A DNA stretch of 64,000 bases, taken from NCBI GenBank assembly GCA_964586785.1, contig CAZPHS010000005.1:28402-92401 (forward strand), in the 5' to 3' direction. Under the pieces are notes generated by a model. That model did not search any database. It was not told the origin of the DNA and saw only the letters and a list, made by a program, of their open reading frames with translations. The translations under genes were made by a program, and so were the position numbers. Source of the DNA: an uncultured Christensenellaceae bacterium (GTDB lineage Bacteria > Bacillota > Clostridia > Christensenellales > SZUA-584). Positions 9,839 through 19,284 of the stretch are shown here, piece by piece (positions within the stretch are counted from its first letter, which is position 1; each line of letters opens with the position of its first letter).

Positions 9839-10426
9839 ATGATGAGTAATGAAAGAAATGACAGGCGGGTCAAATATACAAAGATGGTGCTTAAGGACAG
9901 CTTTATCAGTCTGCTTGAGAAAAAGGAGATTTCTAAGATTACCATAAAAGAACTGTGCGAAGACGCCGACATAAACAGGGCAACCTTTTATGCCCATTAT
10001 AACGACCAGTATGATTTTATGAACCAAATACAAAACGAGTTGATTGCGAATATAGAAAAGCATCTTTCCGTATTTGTCCAAAACGATTTGCCGATAATAC
10101 TGGTAGATATGGTAGAGCAGATATTTGAATACATAAAAGAAAACGCGAGAATTTGCAAGCTGCTGCTCAGCGAGAGAGGGGATTTGAATTTTCAAAAGCG
10201 CGTTTTTATGCTTGTGTACGAAAAAATTATAATCAATATTACAAAAGGCGGCGCAATCTCCAAGGAAGACGCCGAATATATTCACGCTTTTACGCTTACG
10301 GGCTGTATCGGAGTTATACAAAAATGGCTTAACGACAACATGAAAAAACCGTCGCGCTTTATGGCGGAAACAATTATGAAACTGACTACGGCATACCAGG
10401 ATTTATGCCGTAACTCAATTAAGTAA
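9839..10426 (+). CDS. TetR/AcrR family regulator, divergent from MMPL operon
   Basis: NDRRVKYTK...ITIKELCEDADINRATFYAHY N-terminal HTH. Confidence 0.93.
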   Translation: MMSNERNDRRVKYTKMVLKDSFISLLEKKEISKITIKELCEDADINRATFYAHYNDQYDFMNQIQNELIANIEKHLSVFVQNDLPIILVDMVEQIFEYIKENARICKLLLSERGDLNFQKRVFMLVYEKIIINITKGGAISKEDAEYIHAFTLTGCIGVIQKWLNDNMKKPSRFMAETIMKLTTAYQDLCRNSIK

Positions 10427-10541
10427 ACCATTGAATTCGCTATATCAAGTTCTTTGCAAAATTATGTTTTTTACGAATTAACAAATTGAATAATTTTGTG
10501 GTATAATTAGAATATATTTTTATGACTTGATGAGGTGCGTT

Positions 10542-10922
10542 ATGCAAAAATTCAATTGGTCAACCGTTGTTGCCGCGGTTATTATCTGTATAGGAATAAT
10601 TATTGCCGGAAACGGCATTGTTACCGCGATTAACGACAGACCTTTCGCCGGTTCGGCTTTTGTTCCCGATGTGTTCCAAATATACAATCATGATAATTCC
10701 ACGGAGTTCCTGTACGAATACGAAGCGGCAAATTATTTGCGAATAGATGAGGACACCTTGTACAGGTGGATACAAGCCGGAAAATTACAGGGTACATATA
10801 CCACAATCGAGCTTGTAGGTTATGACGACAACGTGCAAGTTGTAAAAATGGGTACGGAGCGCATTTACAGCAAGGCAAAACTAAACGAATATATGAATAG
10901 CCTCATTGAGTCGGGGAACTGA
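10542..10922 (+). CDS. Membrane-anchored protein with excisionase/MerR-like (HTH_17) domain
   Basis: GAGGTG RBS before ATG10542; N-terminal TM; FLYEYEAANYLRIDEDTLYRWIQAGKL. Confidence 0.7.
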   Translation: MQKFNWSTVVAAVIICIGIIIAGNGIVTAINDRPFAGSAFVPDVFQIYNHDNSTEFLYEYEAANYLRIDEDTLYRWIQAGKLQGTYTTIELVGYDDNVQVVKMGTERIYSKAKLNEYMNSLIESGN

Positions 10923-11151
10923 GTTGAAAAAACTCATTTCCGTTTTATACTATGGCATATCTGCAAAGCAAAATGATTTTAGGTGTTAAATACCGCCGGG
11001 ACAATTGCGATATTTGGAGTGACAAAGATTGGTTAATGAAAAAGTTGTTTTCAAAACTGCGAATTGTTATTGACTGCATGAGCAATGCGGCGCGTTAATT
11101 AATGGCGGCGGGGCTTTCGAGGCGGGCGCCAGCGGGGCAGAGGGACGGAAT

Positions 11152-12591
11152 ATGGCTAAAATCCTAAATGGAAAGAAGAATATCGCGGCATCATTTCTCG
11201 CGCTTCTTCGCTCTAAAGACAATATAAATATCCGCAATGTGCGCGCGAGCCGAATAAAATATATGCTGATTTTTCCCTTGGCGCCTGTTTTCGCGAATAT
11301 GCAGGGCGCGCTGTTCAGCGACTCGGTGCGCCTTTTTAGCCTGGACGCCATGACGCTTATGGGGAGTGCCTATTGCGTTGGGGCGGGTGTTTTGTTTGCG
11401 TTCACAAACACAAAGAATATGGCGCGGGTATCGAAGGTATCCGCCGCAGCGACTGCCGCCGCTTTTGCCGTATGGCTTTTTATGCCCGAAAGCCTGCCGA
11501 GCCTGCTGACGGCTATATTTTTCATGTTCGGGCTGGGCGGCTGCGCTGCCTGCGCATCGTTTGCTTATACATTTGCCCTCAATAATACTGAACGGCTTTT
11601 AGGCGCCGCGGCAATCTCATTATTTTTCGCGATTAATCAGCTTTGTTCGGGGCTGTCTTTGCCGTTGGGGATTTTTGATAAAACATATTTGGCGGCGCTT
11701 ATACTTGGCACCTGTGTTTGTATGGCTTTTTATAAAGCGGATGATTTTACAGCCGCGGCGGACAGGCCGAAAGCAAGATTGAATCCGGCTCTTAAACTGA
11801 CGCTGTATTTCTTTGTAGCTCATTATTTTGTGGAGATATTTTATACTTATTTACCGGGAGCGTCGTCGCCTGCCGCCATGGCAGCCAATGGGGCTATAGG
11901 CATTTTCGTAGTATGCCTTGCCGTGGCGTTGCAGCTTATCACCCGACGCAGCGTCTGGAATATGTGTAATTTGTTTTTTATCGCTATGATTTGTACATAT
12001 GGATTGTATTTTATGCCTGAAGGAACGGCTTTGAGAAGCTTTGCCCGCTATGTTCACGGTTTCGAACAAATGGGGTATATTGCGGCCTATTACCTTCTCG
12101 GATGTGTTTTTAAGAAACACGGAGACTTTCGAATATTTAAGCTTTGCCTTGTAATAATATTGCCGTTAAGTATGCTCTCATATGTGATTCCGGGCGCTCT
12201 GTCCGTTTACTCGCCCTTCCTTCTGCCGCTTGCGGCCACTTTAACTTCCGGCGCCGTATTTATCGTATTTATATTATTATCACCAGCTTATTCGAAGTAT
12301 CTTTTTTATGCGGAATGGTCGGACGATTTTTGCTCGGTGGATATGATAAAAGACATACGGAAAACGGAGCGTTCGTATATGCCAGAAAGTTTAAATCTTA
12401 CCGCCCGCGAAAAAGAAGTAACCGCGTTGCTTTTGAACGGAAAGGATGCGAAACAGATAGCGCAGGAACTGAAAATCAGTATCCACACCGCCAACTTCCA
12501 CATAAAAAACCTTTATAAAAAGCTCAAAGTCAACAATCGTCTGGAATTATTCGTAAAATTTAATACTTGCGATTTTACTTCAAAAATATAA
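11152..12591 (+). CDS. Multi-pass membrane LuxR-family one-component regulator
   Basis: About 11-12 hydrophobic segments followed by LuxR HTH LTAREKEVTALLLNGKDAKQIAQELKISIHTANFHIKNLYKKL. Confidence 0.88.
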   Translation: MAKILNGKKNIAASFLALLRSKDNINIRNVRASRIKYMLIFPLAPVFANMQGALFSDSVRLFSLDAMTLMGSAYCVGAGVLFAFTNTKNMARVSKVSAAATAAAFAVWLFMPESLPSLLTAIFFMFGLGGCAACASFAYTFALNNTERLLGAAAISLFFAINQLCSGLSLPLGIFDKTYLAALILGTCVCMAFYKADDFTAAADRPKARLNPALKLTLYFFVAHYFVEIFYTYLPGASSPAAMAANGAIGIFVVCLAVALQLITRRSVWNMCNLFFIAMICTYGLYFMPEGTALRSFARYVHGFEQMGYIAAYYLLGCVFKKHGDFRIFKLCLVIILPLSMLSYVIPGALSVYSPFLLPLAATLTSGAVFIVFILLSPAYSKYLFYAEWSDDFCSVDMIKDIRKTERSYMPESLNLTAREKEVTALLLNGKDAKQIAQELKISIHTANFHIKNLYKKLKVNNRLELFVKFNTCDFTSKI

Positions 12592-12759
12592 GCGCAACGT
12601 ATAATCCGCGCGGTTTTTTTTTGCGTTGTTTTATGTAAACCTACCATGATTAGTAGCTATTCAAGACAATACGCCGCTTTTAAAATGAAGTTTGGGGCAA
12701 AATCTGCTGTTGACAGCGTTTCAAAATAAATCTAAGGAATTCCAAGGAGGACGGTTCTC

Positions 12760-14289
12760 ATGAAACAACAAATTAAAAAACTTTTTTATCTGCTGCTTCT
12801 TACAGTATTTATACTGTGGATAATGCCGCAGGCGGTTTATGCGCTGCCCGAGTTTAAAATTAATATAACAAGCAAGTTTGATGACGCAAAATTTTTGGCC
12901 GAAATACGTAAAACTTTGGGGATAGGTCCGTCCGACGCGGTGTATTCGAATGAGGTATCAAAAATAATAAGTCTGGATGTGGCCGGTAAGGGCATATTAA
13001 GCCTTGCCGGAATAGAGTATGCCACCGGTTTGGAAAGTCTTCATTGTGAAAACAACAACCTGACCGCGCTTGATATGAGCAGCTGTCCAAAGCTGAAAAT
13101 ATTGCATTGTTGGAAGAATAAGCTTACCGTGCTTAATGTGAGCGAAAATCCGGCGCTTAAAGAGCTTTATTGCGATCAGAACAAACTTGCTAAGATAGAT
13201 GTGAGCAAAAATGCGGACTTGCAGATTCTTAATTGTTTCACTAACAAGCTTACCAAGCTGGACGTGCGCAAAAACCCCAAGTTAGAGGTGCTGCGCTTGT
13301 ATGATAACAAGATTTCCGCGCTGGACTTAAGTAAAAATACCGCATTGGACAGACTGAATTGCGGAGTGAACCTGCTTACGGTGCTGGATGTGCGCAAAAA
13401 CATTAATCTGAGCGCACTGTCCTGTTACGAAAACCAGCTTACCGTTTTAGACCTGCGCAAAAACCCGAAACTTAAGGAACTGTACTGCCAAGCGAACTAC
13501 CTGCCGTCGAAAGGCGCCATCATGGGACTGAACGAATCCCAACTTATAAATTTTGATTATGATCCGCAAGCGCCCGTTCCCTCGGAGCCAAAAAATCTAA
13601 AAGCCTTTACCGGTAACGGAGAAGTAACCCTTAGTTGGGAGATGCCCGTTTATGGGGGCTCAAGCACTATTACGGGATTTGAGGTTTCAAGCAACGACGG
13701 CGGCGCGTGGATAACAGCCGGAACCGAAACCGGCTATACCTTTACCGGATTAACTAACGGGCAAAGCTATACTTTCAGAGTACGTGCCGTAAACAGCGCG
13801 GGAACGGGACTGAATTCCGCGATTAAATCTGCGCCCGAGGAAAAGCGTGAAACGATAGATTTCACACTCTCTTTTGACACCGGAGGGGGCAGCATAATAA
13901 ACAGCATATCCAAGCCCGAGGGGACAACGGTCGATCTTTTAGAGTTCAGGCCAACCCGCGATGGGTTTGATTTTGACGGATGGTACGAAGACGCGCTGCT
14001 TAAGAATGGTATTTCAAGTGTAAGGCTTGGCGAGGATACAACCGTTTATGCAAAATGGCTGGAGATTTCGGACATCGGCGGGCAACAGTACACGGAATCA
14101 GATGTTGAAATTCAAACCGTTCTTGATGCGGCGGAACAGTATACGAATGACAGGCAGGGCGCCGGCGATTTAAACGTTTGGCTGATTGCGGGTATAGCGC
14201 TGGCGGTTCTTTTATGCGGCGGCGCCGCCTTGGTTTTGGTGCGCGGCCGGAAACGATCAAGCCGTCCTCAAAAATCAGATAGTGAATAG
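12760..14289 (+). CDS. Surface protein: signal peptide, internalin-like LRRs, FN3, InlB B-repeat-like domain, C-terminal TM anchor
   Basis: AVYA signal; 21-aa LxxLxCxxNxLxxLD repeats; PSEPKNL...YTFRVRAVNSAG FN3; PTRDGFDFDGWY..AKW; TM followed by RGRKR. Confidence 0.85.
   Translation: MKQQIKKLFYLLLLTVFILWIMPQAVYALPEFKINITSKFDDAKFLAEIRKTLGIGPSDAVYSNEVSKIISLDVAGKGILSLAGIEYATGLESLHCENNNLTALDMSSCPKLKILHCWKNKLTVLNVSENPALKELYCDQNKLAKIDVSKNADLQILNCFTNKLTKLDVRKNPKLEVLRLYDNKISALDLSKNTALDRLNCGVNLLTVLDVRKNINLSALSCYENQLTVLDLRKNPKLKELYCQANYLPSKGAIMGLNESQLINFDYDPQAPVPSEPKNLKAFTGNGEVTLSWEMPVYGGSSTITGFEVSSNDGGAWITAGTETGYTFTGLTNGQSYTFRVRAVNSAGTGLNSAIKSAPEEKRETIDFTLSFDTGGGSIINSISKPEGTTVDLLEFRPTRDGFDFDGWYEDALLKNGISSVRLGEDTTVYAKWLEISDIGGQQYTESDVEIQTVLDAAEQYTNDRQGAGDLNVWLIAGIALAVLLCGGAALVLVRGRKRSSRPQKSDSE
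13040..13500 (+). repeat. Degenerate 63-bp tandem coding repeats (LRR units); boundaries approximate
   Basis: e.g. CTTACCAAGCTGGACGTGCGCAAAAAC, CTTACGGTGCTGGATGTGCGCAAAAAC, CTTACCGTTTTAGACCTGCGCAAAAAC. Confidence 0.7.
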
Positions 14290-14361
14290 ACGGGGACTTT
14301 ATTAAATGAGTAAGACCGTGCCATTGCGCAAAATATTAAGTGATTATAGGGAGAAACAGAT

Positions 14362-14994
14362 ATGAAAAAGATTTTTTGTTTGGGTGTAGTTTTATTAACT
14401 GCGATTCTATGCGCTTGCGGGACCCAGTTTGAGGTAAGCACAACTTTGCCCGCTTACCCCGCGCCGGAAGCAACCTTGGAAACCGCTGTTCCGTTCGCAT
14501 CGTCCGAGCCGACAGCGCCGCCGAGCGCCGGTCCCGAAACTGCAGGGCCCGAGGCTTCGCCCGAAGTAACCGGTCCCAAAATGTATTCAAGTTACGCGTA
14601 TCTTGTTTCGTTTGATCCGGATACCGGTTTGGCACAATTTGATTATTTCGGTATGCTCAGGGGCGAAGAGGCGGTAAACTTTCTTGTAGAGCGTAAGGGA
14701 TATTCCGAAGCCGAGGCACGGGCGATTGTGGATGATTTCGGGGATTCAGAGTTCGTGGAAAAAAACTTAAACAAGCAGCTAAGAGCGGTAGACATCAATA
14801 CTGTTTCCCTAAGCCTGATGTATCAGCCAAGCGGCGCGGTTTCAGAGGATATGATACCTATACCTTCCACCGCGTCAGATTTTATGGCCGTCTACGCGCA
14901 TGATCCTTCTTTGCTTACCTCATCATTTTTCTATTACATACATGTGGCGAATGACGGTCATGTGTTTCATGTCGAACAGGTATATTGGCCATAA
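14362..14994 (+). CDS. Hypothetical lipoprotein with Pro/Ala-rich linker
   Basis: GGGAG RBS; lipobox LCAC; PAYPAPEA...PTAPPSAGPE linker. Confidence 0.75.
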   Translation: MKKIFCLGVVLLTAILCACGTQFEVSTTLPAYPAPEATLETAVPFASSEPTAPPSAGPETAGPEASPEVTGPKMYSSYAYLVSFDPDTGLAQFDYFGMLRGEEAVNFLVERKGYSEAEARAIVDDFGDSEFVEKNLNKQLRAVDINTVSLSLMYQPSGAVSEDMIPIPSTASDFMAVYAHDPSLLTSSFFYYIHVANDGHVFHVEQVYWP

Positions 14995-15138
14995 CGGGTT
15001 TTGGGCTGGGCAAGTATACTATTACATTCATGACGCTTTATTCGGATATGAACAAAACGGAATATGCTGAATATAAGGACGGCTTATATTAAGAAAGACC
15101 TTTATTTATCTTGCAGCTGAAAATGTTATACTGGGGTT

Positions 15139-16134
15139 TCAGTGCGTATGCGCAGTTTCGGAAAAAACGCCGTCCTTCAACCCCCGCATAAATTCGAAAA
15201 TCTTGTCGCCCGACAAACGCAGATCCTCGTGGCCATAGTCCGGATACACAAGCATCTCCTTGGGCGAGCGGATTTTGCCGTAGGTGGCAAACTGCGTGGA
15301 CGGCGGGCAAAGCGTGTCCATAAGACCGGTCATCATCAGTACGCGCGCCTGAATGCGCGGCGCGATATTTTGGACGTCGATATAGCCAAGAGTGCTGAAG
15401 AACTCTTCCTCGTGTTCGTGCAGAGGATCGGTAGTTTTAAACCAATTTTGTATCTCGCTATACGCGCTGGATTCCGCGCCAACCTCCCAGGCGCGCCTAT
15501 AATCGCATAAAAATGGATACAGCGCCGCCGCGCGTTTTATCCGTGGCTCGAGGGCGGCGCACGCGAGCGCCAGCGCGCCGCCCTGGCTTGCGCCGAAACA
15601 GCCGATTCGGTTAGCGTCTGTGTCGGGCATGGTCGTCAGAATATGTGCTAGCTGCGCGGTATCAAGAAACACGGAGCGAAAATATAAACTTGCAGGACCG
15701 TCCGCCAGTCCGCGTATGATATGCCCGTCAAGCGTGTTGCCGGTGACGGCGGCGTTGTCCGAAGACCGTCCCGCCTGCCCGCGGCAATCCAGCGCGGCGA
15801 TATGAAAGCCCTCGGCCGCGTACGGCAACAGCCCCGTCCAGTCGCAGCTGGATAGGCGGTATCCGTGAAAATTCAGCAGTATGGGCAGCTGGGTATGGCG
15901 TTTTGCGGGTCTTGCGTATTTGGCGTATATCCGCGCGCCGCCCACGCCGTTAAAATACAGATGAAAACATTCCGCGAATCCGGTGGTAAAATTCGCCGGA
16001 ATCAGCTCGACGTCTGCGTTCACCGCCTTCATTTCGCTGATCGCTTCGTCCCAAAAGGCGTTGATATCCTTCGGGCATGGGCTAGAGCCCGTATAGCGCT
16101 TCAGTTGCTCCAACGGCATATCGGTAATCGGCAT
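15139..16134 (-). CDS. CE7 acetyl esterase (AXE1/cephalosporin-C deacetylase family), no signal peptide
   Basis: DMPLEQL..Y.G N-terminus, FHGY, LDCRGQ, GASQGG nucleophile elbow, DTLCPPSTQFA, YPDYGHE. Confidence 0.9.
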   Translation of the reverse strand: MPITDMPLEQLKRYTGSSPCPKDINAFWDEAISEMKAVNADVELIPANFTTGFAECFHLYFNGVGGARIYAKYARPAKRHTQLPILLNFHGYRLSSCDWTGLLPYAAEGFHIAALDCRGQAGRSSDNAAVTGNTLDGHIIRGLADGPASLYFRSVFLDTAQLAHILTTMPDTDANRIGCFGASQGGALALACAALEPRIKRAAALYPFLCDYRRAWEVGAESSAYSEIQNWFKTTDPLHEHEEEFFSTLGYIDVQNIAPRIQARVLMMTGLMDTLCPPSTQFATYGKIRSPKEMLVYPDYGHEDLRLSGDKIFEFMRGLKDGVFSETAHTH

Positions 16135-16157
16135 ATGTGTTACTCCTTTTGTATGGA

Positions 16158-17888
16158 TTATTTCTCTTCTGCCGCCTGCCGCGCTTTTCTTTTGCGCGCC
16201 ATGAAAAACACGGTGACTGCGTACATAACGGCCAGCACAGCCGCTGCAATCCAGCCCATCAATCCGCCGGTATTGTCCGCGGGGGCGGGGCGCGCCTGCA
16301 CAGTTTCGGTCTCCGGCGCAAGTTTGGCAGGCAGGCCGGTTTTGTTAGTATTGAGCGTATCCGGCAGTTCATCGAGCGTAATAACCTTTTCGTGCCCATA
16401 AACCTTGCGCAGCATGTTAAGACCGGTGTATTCATCGCTATAAGGCCGCCCGGGGGCCTGCATGTCTACAGTAAACTCGCGGTACCACGGGGCGAACCAG
16501 AGCCACATCGCGCCTTCTTTAACGAGAAGGTCGGGGTCGGGTATAACGCCTACCTCAGTCAGCGCAATGATCTTTGGTGTCCGGGTATACGTGAGCGCCT
16601 GCTGAAATTGTTCGGTCTGTGGTGAATAGTCATGTTTTTCGGGGTAGATATCAAGCCCTATGATGTCAACGGTATCGTCGCCCGGATACCATGCGTTAAA
16701 TTCGTCCGTGTCGTTGCTCTGGCCGTTCCAGACCCATATCAGGTTACGCAGCCCGTGGTGGTTCACAAGGCGATCGTAGATCAGGTTCCAAAGAGCTATG
16801 TAGTTCTCACTGCCCTGCGTGCCCCACCAGAACCAGCCTCCCGCCGCCTCGTGCAACGGACGCCAGAGCACGGGCACGTCCGCGTCCTGTAAAAGTTTGA
16901 GTTGCGCGGCTACCATATCGATATCCTTAAGCATCAGATCGTAGCCTTGCGGATCATCGCCGCTGAGCGCTTTGGCGAAATTAAAATTCGTGGCGGATTT
17001 GTAGAAAGATCTATTCCACGGGTTGTCGGCGGTATCCATGATATCCTTGGGCGAATACCAGTGCCAGCAAAAGGTCACGATGCCGCCCGCGTTCCACCAC
17101 TCGATCGCCTTTTCGATGGTGTGCTGCGGCTCCGTAAGTCGCTTTTCGCTCAGCGTTGTGTAATACATCAGATCGAAGCCCATTAAAGCGGGGTATTTGC
17201 CTGTCTGCGCAAAGATAGCCGCGGCTTCGGGCGCGTCATATCCTTCCGAATACTGGCCGGACAGCACATAATCGCCATAGATACCGCAAAGGTATTCCAT
17301 AAGCCGCTGCGCGCTGTCGGCGGCGTCGGGCGTTACCAGCTCCGGTCGCGCGTACAGCGGGCCCACCTTGGGCGTCTGCAATCTGACTATCAGCGCATCC
17401 ACGTAAAAATACCCCCAGTTTTCCATAATCTTTACGGTATGCGTGCCGACGGTGAATTCCGCCTCAAGCACCTGCGTGGTGAAGCTGTTGGATTGCGGCG
17501 TGGCCAGCGCTTCGCTTTGGCGCTCGCCATCGTCAATCGCGATGTCGTTCTTCTTATGAGTATACGGGCAACAGGTTTTGAACACAAGGTCGTATTTGCC
17601 CGCTTTGTCGATTTCAATGGTGAAAGTCAGCGTGCTGAAATCCGCGTCGGTGTTGTTGAACTCGCCAACAAACCCTGTTCCGGAGTAGCCTTCCACAGCG
17701 TAGCCCTGACCGACCGCATCGTCGGTAAACTCCGTCAGCACCTCGTTGTTTTCCAAAATCGCGTCCTCGGCCTCGTAAATAACGCCATTTTCGCCCGAGT
17801 AGTCGTTTTGTTGCGCCGCAAACGCCGCGTTCGGCAGACCTGCCGCCAGCATCACGACGGTCAGCGGGAGAATAAGATACTTTTTCAT
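16158..17888 (-). CDS. Membrane-anchored endo-beta-1,4-mannanase, CBM35-like module plus GH26
   Basis: Signal peptide; YEAEDA...GYSGTGFV CBM; WRPLHEAAGGWFWWG (acid/base) and ALTEVG (nucleophile); C-terminal TM plus RKRK. Confidence 0.92.
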   Translation of the reverse strand: MKKYLILPLTVVMLAAGLPNAAFAAQQNDYSGENGVIYEAEDAILENNEVLTEFTDDAVGQGYAVEGYSGTGFVGEFNNTDADFSTLTFTIEIDKAGKYDLVFKTCCPYTHKKNDIAIDDGERQSEALATPQSNSFTTQVLEAEFTVGTHTVKIMENWGYFYVDALIVRLQTPKVGPLYARPELVTPDAADSAQRLMEYLCGIYGDYVLSGQYSEGYDAPEAAAIFAQTGKYPALMGFDLMYYTTLSEKRLTEPQHTIEKAIEWWNAGGIVTFCWHWYSPKDIMDTADNPWNRSFYKSATNFNFAKALSGDDPQGYDLMLKDIDMVAAQLKLLQDADVPVLWRPLHEAAGGWFWWGTQGSENYIALWNLIYDRLVNHHGLRNLIWVWNGQSNDTDEFNAWYPGDDTVDIIGLDIYPEKHDYSPQTEQFQQALTYTRTPKIIALTEVGVIPDPDLLVKEGAMWLWFAPWYREFTVDMQAPGRPYSDEYTGLNMLRKVYGHEKVITLDELPDTLNTNKTGLPAKLAPETETVQARPAPADNTGGLMGWIAAAVLAVMYAVTVFFMARKRKARQAAEEK

Positions 17889-18123
17889 ATACACTGTTCC
17901 TTTCTAAAATACGTTAAGTTAATATTCTAATTGGGTTAGGTAACTGTTATGGTAATATACTTAACATATATACTAGTGTTTGTAAAGCAAAAAGTGCAGA
18001 CAAAACGCGTCCGCCGGTTAACTTAATAAGCTAGTGACAAGATGCGGCAGCGTGTGATATGATTCTGTGTAATGGTTGGGGCGGCTTTATTTTATATGCA
18101 AGATATGAGGAACAAATAGGAAT

Positions 18124-19143
18124 ATGGCAATGAAAAAGAAAGTTACAATGAAGGATATCGCGCGCGAGCTCGGTGTGAGCACGGTAACGGTTTCCAAGGC
18201 TTTAACGGATAAGGAAGGTGTGAGCGAAGAGGTCCGAACGCAGATCAAGTTGCTGTCTAAAAAGATGGGATACCTTTATATCCCCTCGAAGAACGGCGTG
18301 AATTCGCGTGAGACAAACATAGGCATTGTGATGGCGGATCGTTTTTTTTCCAATAACGCTTTTTATTCCAATCTATATAAGACGGTGGTGCTAAAAGCTG
18401 CTGACGCGGGCTTTTCGGGCATACTTGAGATCGTGTCCGAGCAGGCGGAAAGAGAGTTGACGCTGCCGCAGGTCATCGCGCAGAACAAGGCGGACGGTAT
18501 CATATTCCTGGGGCAAATGGATAAGGCCTATATCAATCTGATAGTGGGCGCGGGCTTGCCGTACGTGTTTTTGGACTTTTATGACGAACATGCCGATGTC
18601 AGCGCGGTGGTGAGCGACAGCGTGTACGGCACCTACCAGCTTACGAACTATCTGCTGGAGCAGGGGCATACGCGCGTCGGCTTTATCGGAAACATCACCT
18701 CGACCAGCAGTATACTTGACCGGTATCTGGGGTATTGCCGCTCGTTGCTTGAGCACGGCGTGCCCATGCGTGGCGACTGGCTGATAAGCGATCGCGACGA
18801 GAGGGGTCGTTTCATCGACATTGCGATGCCCGACGATATGCCCAGCGCTTTTGTGTGTAACTGCGACGAGGTGGCGTATCAGCTGATGGAGAAATTAAAA
18901 ACGCAGGGCTACAGCCTGCCTGCCGACATCTCGCTAGTGGGCTTTGACGATCACGTATACGCCAAGCTGTGCATACCGCAACTGACCACGTATCGCGTGG
19001 ACGTGGAGGCGATGGGCGCGGCCGCGGTTTCAACAATTATACGCAAAATCAACAAAAAGTACTGCATACCCGGGCGGATCGTCGTGGGGGGCGAGTTTGT
19101 CATAAGGGATTCTGTCGCTCGAATCGCGCCGTCCGCCGTTTAA
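18124..19143 (+). CDS. LacI family regulator of mannan locus
   Basis: KVTMKDIARELGVSTVTVSKAL HTH; ISLVGFDD..LTT sugar-binding domain. Confidence 0.93.
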   Translation: MAMKKKVTMKDIARELGVSTVTVSKALTDKEGVSEEVRTQIKLLSKKMGYLYIPSKNGVNSRETNIGIVMADRFFSNNAFYSNLYKTVVLKAADAGFSGILEIVSEQAERELTLPQVIAQNKADGIIFLGQMDKAYINLIVGAGLPYVFLDFYDEHADVSAVVSDSVYGTYQLTNYLLEQGHTRVGFIGNITSTSSILDRYLGYCRSLLEHGVPMRGDWLISDRDERGRFIDIAMPDDMPSAFVCNCDEVAYQLMEKLKTQGYSLPADISLVGFDDHVYAKLCIPQLTTYRVDVEAMGAAAVSTIIRKINKKYCIPGRIVVGGEFVIRDSVARIAPSAV

Positions 19144-19172
19144 CCATAGTGCGCCGCTAAAGTCCATAAACC

Positions 19173-19208
19173 AAGCTTTTCGGGGTCTTCGCTCGAAAGG
19201 CTTTTTTG
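19173..19208 (+). terminator. Rho-independent terminator after LacI gene
   Basis: AAGCTTTTCGGG/CTCGAAAGGCTT stem followed by a T tract. Confidence 0.75.
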
Positions 19209-19256
19209 TTTACGTAAATAAAGTAACTTGTTATACATAAATAGAGAAAGTTACCC

Positions 19257-19284
19257 TTGACAATTACTTAACGATGGATATAAT
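19257..19284 (+). promoter_or_regulatory. Sigma-A promoter of mannan ABC operon
   Basis: TTGACA (19257) - 16 nt - TATAAT (19279). Confidence 0.75.

Noticed and set aside
13040-13500. Periodic repeats considered as a CRISPR-like array
   Set aside because: Degenerate in-frame 63-bp LRR coding units with no unique spacers and no cas genes
14995-15089. Short reading frame GFGLGKYTITFMTLYSDMNKTEYAEYKDGLY*
   Set aside because: No RBS or convincing start and no recognisable family; may be a remnant but cannot be supported
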